Below, one piece after another: positions 56,702-60,037 of a stretch of 60,037 bases of DNA. Source of the stretch: a virus (Duplodnaviria > Caudoviricetes); the IMG/VR virus record IMGVR_UViG_3300023178_004792, positions 1-60,037 of that record; one strand, written 5' to 3'. The position numbers and the translations under genes are program-made. Below the pieces are notes generated by a model. That model saw nothing but the letters and a program-made list of their open reading frames with translations. It did not search any database and was not told the origin of the DNA. How positions within the stretch are numbered: the stretch's first letter is position 1; the number at the start of each line of letters is the position of its first letter.

Positions 56702-57711
56702 TATGCCCTTTCTAGGTCACAGGTCACGCAGTGGGGTCCACCGCCCAGTGTCCTTGATTGTGTGAGCGGAACTTCTATACAGTTGAATCCCTCCGCCCTC
56801 AGTTGTTTGACCAAATCTTTCTGCACGGGATCTATCATCACGGTCTCCTCGTCTATGCTGAGTATGTTCATGCCGATCCATTTTGATGCGTAAGGAAATT
56901 GTGAAAATGAACCGTCGGCCATGTCATGCAACCATATCTTCCTGTATGATTTAAGGAAGTCTGGCAGTTGGTTTGTGTTTTGTACCCTACTTGCATTTAT
57001 CATGACTAAATCTTTTTTCAGTGACGTCAGCGTTGAATCGATGTGTGAATGTGTGTAAACCTTGTCCCACACTATTACTTCGAACTCGTTGCCAACTACT
57101 TTTTGTAACCACTTGGCTCCTATGTAATTTGACGTGCTGGTCTTCATGTACAGCAGTTTGTCATTGAATTTCAAAACATTGGCGGCGTCAAAGATAGGAT
57201 ATCTCTCTGTTAGTTTTATCTTGTTCAGGCCCATCACGCACTCCGCCGGTTCCATCCTTGCTCGTGGTGCCGCGATCCATCTGCATCCGTCCCGCATGGC
57301 CTCCTGCTTTATCACATCATAGGCATCAAACTCCCTATACCTACTCACGAAAGGTGTTGGACATTCTATGGCCATGTTGCCCACAGTGAGTATGAGATCC
57401 CTCGGAGAGTAGGAGTGCATACCTGAGGTCATATGTTCGTAGTGAGTCACTGTCCTTTTGTAGTCGAGGATTTCTGGACGGAAAACTTTTACGTCATTGT
57501 CTTCCAGGAGATCCTTCATTCGCAGTAGGTCGTCGTTGGCCTCCTTAATGACCGATCCCGATATCGGTCCCTTGGAAATTTTGCCTGGGTGCGTGTTCAA
57601 GTCTGCCAGGCGGTCAAAGAAGATGTCTCCTGTGGGCCAGTTGGCTCCATGTGGCCTGCCCAGTATCACAGACTTCAATCTGTCGTATTCGTTGCGTGTG
57701 GAAATTTTCAT
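56701..57711 (-). CDS. Amidinotransferase (AGAT/StrB1-like)
   Basis: NEYDRLKSVILG, SPRD, FDAAN, HIDST, WIGMN, LGGGPHC. Confidence 0.9.
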   Translation of the reverse strand: MKISTRNEYDRLKSVILGRPHGANWPTGDIFFDRLADLNTHPGKISKGPISGSVIKEANDDLLRMKDLLEDNDVKVFRPEILDYKRTVTHYEHMTSGMHSYSPRDLILTVGNMAIECPTPFVSRYREFDAYDVIKQEAMRDGCRWIAAPRARMEPAECVMGLNKIKLTERYPIFDAANVLKFNDKLLYMKTSTSNYIGAKWLQKVVGNEFEVIVWDKVYTHSHIDSTLTSLKKDLVMINASRVQNTNQLPDFLKSYRKIWLHDMADGSFSQFPYASKWIGMNILSIDEETVMIDPVQKDLVKQLRAEGFNCIEVPLTQSRTLGGGPHCVTCDLERA

Positions 57712-57793
57712 GCTGGTATTTAATATAACACAAGTTGGTGCTACAAGCAAGATTTTATTGCCACCTAAGACAACCACAGGTAATTACCAGTGT

Positions 57794-58393
57794 ATGAAGA
57801 CCATAGGATTCTTTGGAGACAGTTTCTGCGCCAGGAACCAGCCCGAGAGCTGGTGCAACATCCTGCAGGAGAAGTTGGGTTGTGCGAGGCCACGCTGGTT
57901 TGGTCAACCGGGTCGTAGCATATGGTCCACCTTCATGCACTTCAATCATCTCATCAAGATGGATCGCGTGCCGGACGTCAGCGTGTTCTGTTGGACCGAA
58001 CCCTACAGGCTTTACCATCCCAGTTTGATACTGAGCGCCAACACCCAACCCATGGAGGGTGTGGACCCAAAGGTGTACGAGGCACTGGACGACTACTGGA
58101 AGTACCTACACAGTTATGACAAGGATGAGATGAGTTACGAGTACTCAATACGGCATTATGACGAGCATGTTCTATCCAAGGTCCGGGGCGAGGTTATACA
58201 GATGTGGAGTTTCAGGCCATTCGAGACAGCGGGCAAGGACGCAGGAATCAAACTAACCACTGGCACGTTCATAGACGAGAGCATTTTTGCATTCAGTGGT
58301 GGTAAAGACAGTTGGGGCCGTGGCACGATAAATCACATGACCGCAGAACAGAATCAACAGTGGGCCGACAAAGTTTATTTACAGATTCGCTAA
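57794..58393 (+). CDS. SGNH/GDSL-like protein
   Basis: IGFFGDSFC...W...G.S...NH; TAATTA at 57781. Confidence 0.6.
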   Translation: MKTIGFFGDSFCARNQPESWCNILQEKLGCARPRWFGQPGRSIWSTFMHFNHLIKMDRVPDVSVFCWTEPYRLYHPSLILSANTQPMEGVDPKVYEALDDYWKYLHSYDKDEMSYEYSIRHYDEHVLSKVRGEVIQMWSFRPFETAGKDAGIKLTTGTFIDESIFAFSGGKDSWGRGTINHMTAEQNQQWADKVYLQIR

Positions 58394-58436
58394 TGGCTCG
58401 CTATTGGCTCGCTATTAGGCCTTTGATTTTTTTAGA

Positions 58437-58673
58437 TTATTTTGAGTAGTCTGGAAGAGGTCCGCCGTACTTCTTGCCCTTGATACGTTTTCCCGACACC
58501 TTCATGGTCTTGCCGCCCACCTTCTCTTTGCGGTTGCCGGTGCGTTTCATTTTGCCCTGTGACTTGCAACTGCTGACCCATGATGCGGGCAGGCTGGACA
58601 TGGGCTTGGAACACACGCCCTTTGGTGCAGGTCCTATGTTTTCGTCTGTGTTGTAAATTTCGTAGATCCTCAT
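58437..58673 (-). CDS. Small basic protein (probable head-internal)
   Basis: MRIYEIYNTDE; K-rich; TAAATA upstream. Confidence 0.6.
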   Translation of the reverse strand: MRIYEIYNTDENIGPAPKGVCSKPMSSLPASWVSSCKSQGKMKRTGNRKEKVGGKTMKVSGKRIKGKKYGGPLPDYSK

Positions 58674-58769
58674 TGTGCTTGTATTTAACACATCTATTGG
58701 GGTCGAGTTGATCTAGTGCAAGACAACGCAGGCGATCTGTAGTGCGTTTAGGTCTTAAGTGTAGGCGTA

Positions 58770-58816
58770 TAAGGTTTAACATCAGTTGCTGTAAGGTTAG
58801 TTGTAAGGTGTAAGGT
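58770..58816 (+). repeat. TAAGGT direct repeats in divergent intergenic region
   Basis: TAAGGT at 58770, 58792, 58804 and 58811. Confidence 0.65.
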
Positions 58817-58831
58817 ACAATAAATATCAGT

Positions 58832-59338
58832 ATGAAGATAGCAGAATTGGTAATAGCACCAAAAGAATCTAAAGATACTACATCTTGTGGCACAACATCT
58901 AGTGCCATCAAAGGAGGCCAGACACAAGATATAGTATCACAAAATATCGTGCCAGAAATGGTGAATGGTGAAATTGAATCACACCCAGACCATTCCGCCA
59001 TTGCGGAAGGCGTCAGCCAAATCTTCAGACGAAAGAAGGGCGGTGCTCCTCAGAAAGGGTTCAGATGTAGTTCCGGACCTAGGAAAGGTCGTATCGTAGC
59101 CAAACCCAGCACCTGTTTCCAGAAATTGGATCCGGTCAAGGGTAGTAAGATCAAAAGGAAAAGAAAACAGAAGGCCGCGATAGCAGGCAAGAAACTGGCC
59201 CAGACCAAGAGATCAGGTGCGGGTTCGTTGAGGTTGAAGGGTGCTCAGATCAAGAGAACCAGCCAAAAAGGACCAAGTTTCAAGGGCAAGTTGAAAGGCA
59301 AGGCTCCTGTGAAATCAAAAATAGTCCGTCCGAAATAA
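58832..59338 (+). CDS. Basic protein (probable head-internal / DNA-binding)
   Basis: MKIAEL; FRCSSGPRKGRIVAKPSTC; K/R-rich C-terminal half. Confidence 0.65.
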   Translation: MKIAELVIAPKESKDTTSCGTTSSAIKGGQTQDIVSQNIVPEMVNGEIESHPDHSAIAEGVSQIFRRKKGGAPQKGFRCSSGPRKGRIVAKPSTCFQKLDPVKGSKIKRKRKQKAAIAGKKLAQTKRSGAGSLRLKGAQIKRTSQKGPSFKGKLKGKAPVKSKIVRPK

Positions 59339-59358
59339 GAACAGTTTGGAAATTTTGG

Positions 59359-59589
59359 TTAGTCGTCTAGTTTGATGCCATCATCCTCCAAGGCCTTGGC
59401 TACCACGTCTCTCGGACTATATGTCCATACCGTGAAGCCAGCGGAGTTCATCTCGTCCTGGTCCACCACTGCCGTTATGCCCGATGCCTTGAGGCTAGAA
59501 TGGATGCTGGGTACGATGCTCCTGTCCATGTCTAGATCCCAGTCACCTATGTCGGCAACCTGGAAATGATGTTTATGAGTTTCTGTCAT
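59359..59589 (-). CDS. Hypothetical protein
   Basis: ATGA-coupled ORF. Confidence 0.6.
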   Translation of the reverse strand: MTETHKHHFQVADIGDWDLDMDRSIVPSIHSSLKASGITAVVDQDEMNSAGFTVWTYSPRDVVAKALEDDGIKLDD

Positions 59590-59798
59590 TTCAGTCCTCC
59601 CAATTTGTAGATTGAATCTTTTGTTAATGTGTGAATCTCCTCATAGAAAGAAGGTCCCCACTCCTCGTTTTTTGTCTTCTGCTCTATCTTGCCAGCGGTA
59701 ATGATGCCCTTGTAGATCACTGAAGCAGGATCTGGACTTGTCTGGTCTCCACCACCTGCCACTGTAAGAAATATTCCAAATATAGTTTCTAATATCAT
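59586..59798 (-). CDS. Hypothetical protein
   Basis: Coupled ORF with hydrophobic N-terminus. Confidence 0.55.
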   Translation of the reverse strand: MILETIFGIFLTVAGGGDQTSPDPASVIYKGIITAGKIEQKTKNEEWGPSFYEEIHTLTKDSIYKLGGLK

Positions 59799-60004
59799 CT
59801 GAACTTACTCTCCAAATGTAATAGGTGCTCACGGCACCAGTCTTCGATCTCTTCCTTGGCTGGTATGATCTCGGCCTCCCTGTACCCGTATCCAAGGCAC
59901 ACATCATGGAATCTCTTGCCAAATGTTTTAGGTGACATCAGGGCGTCATCTCCCCATTGTGTCATGCCCTCCAGGTAGTCACCCTTGATATAAGTCTCAG
60001 TCAT
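59795..60004 (-). CDS. Hypothetical protein
   Basis: GAGGAG SD. Confidence 0.6.
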   Translation of the reverse strand: MTETYIKGDYLEGMTQWGDDALMSPKTFGKRFHDVCLGYGYREAEIIPAKEEIEDWCREHLLHLESKFR

Positions 60005-60037
60005 CTCCTCGAAGATGTCTTCAATTGATTTTGTTTT

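Overview
This is a 60-kb segment of a large marine T4-like or jumbo myovirus genome, mostly minus-strand coded in the standard genetic code. The host is most likely an alphaproteobacterium, inferred from a permuted two-piece tmRNA, DUF1178, a ROSE-like element and a 17-kDa-antigen-like lipoprotein. Phage hallmarks include PAAR, a beta-helix tail fibre/spike, nrdAB, thyX, an exonuclease, probable head-internal proteins and many TAAATA/TAATTA late-promoter motifs. The window is dense in host-derived genes: kdsA, two NDP-sugar dehydrogenases, pstS, a btuB-like receptor under a cobalamin riboswitch, sufE/sufT/ferredoxin/rubrerythrin/grx/gpx, clpS/clpX/hsp20/bS21/tmRNA, cspA and an amidinotransferase. 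It also carries six radical-SAM-family loci (one B12-binding, four N-terminal-twitch including one frameshifted, one truncated). Notable elements missing from the ORF track are two tandem paralogous Cys-rich micro-peptides (48284-48544), a candidate structured ncRNA (29038-29161), the RNA regulatory elements, several phased repeat arrays, and a >1095-aa FecR/cadherin/RTX protein running off the left edge. All calls come from reading the sequence by eye; no database searches were run.
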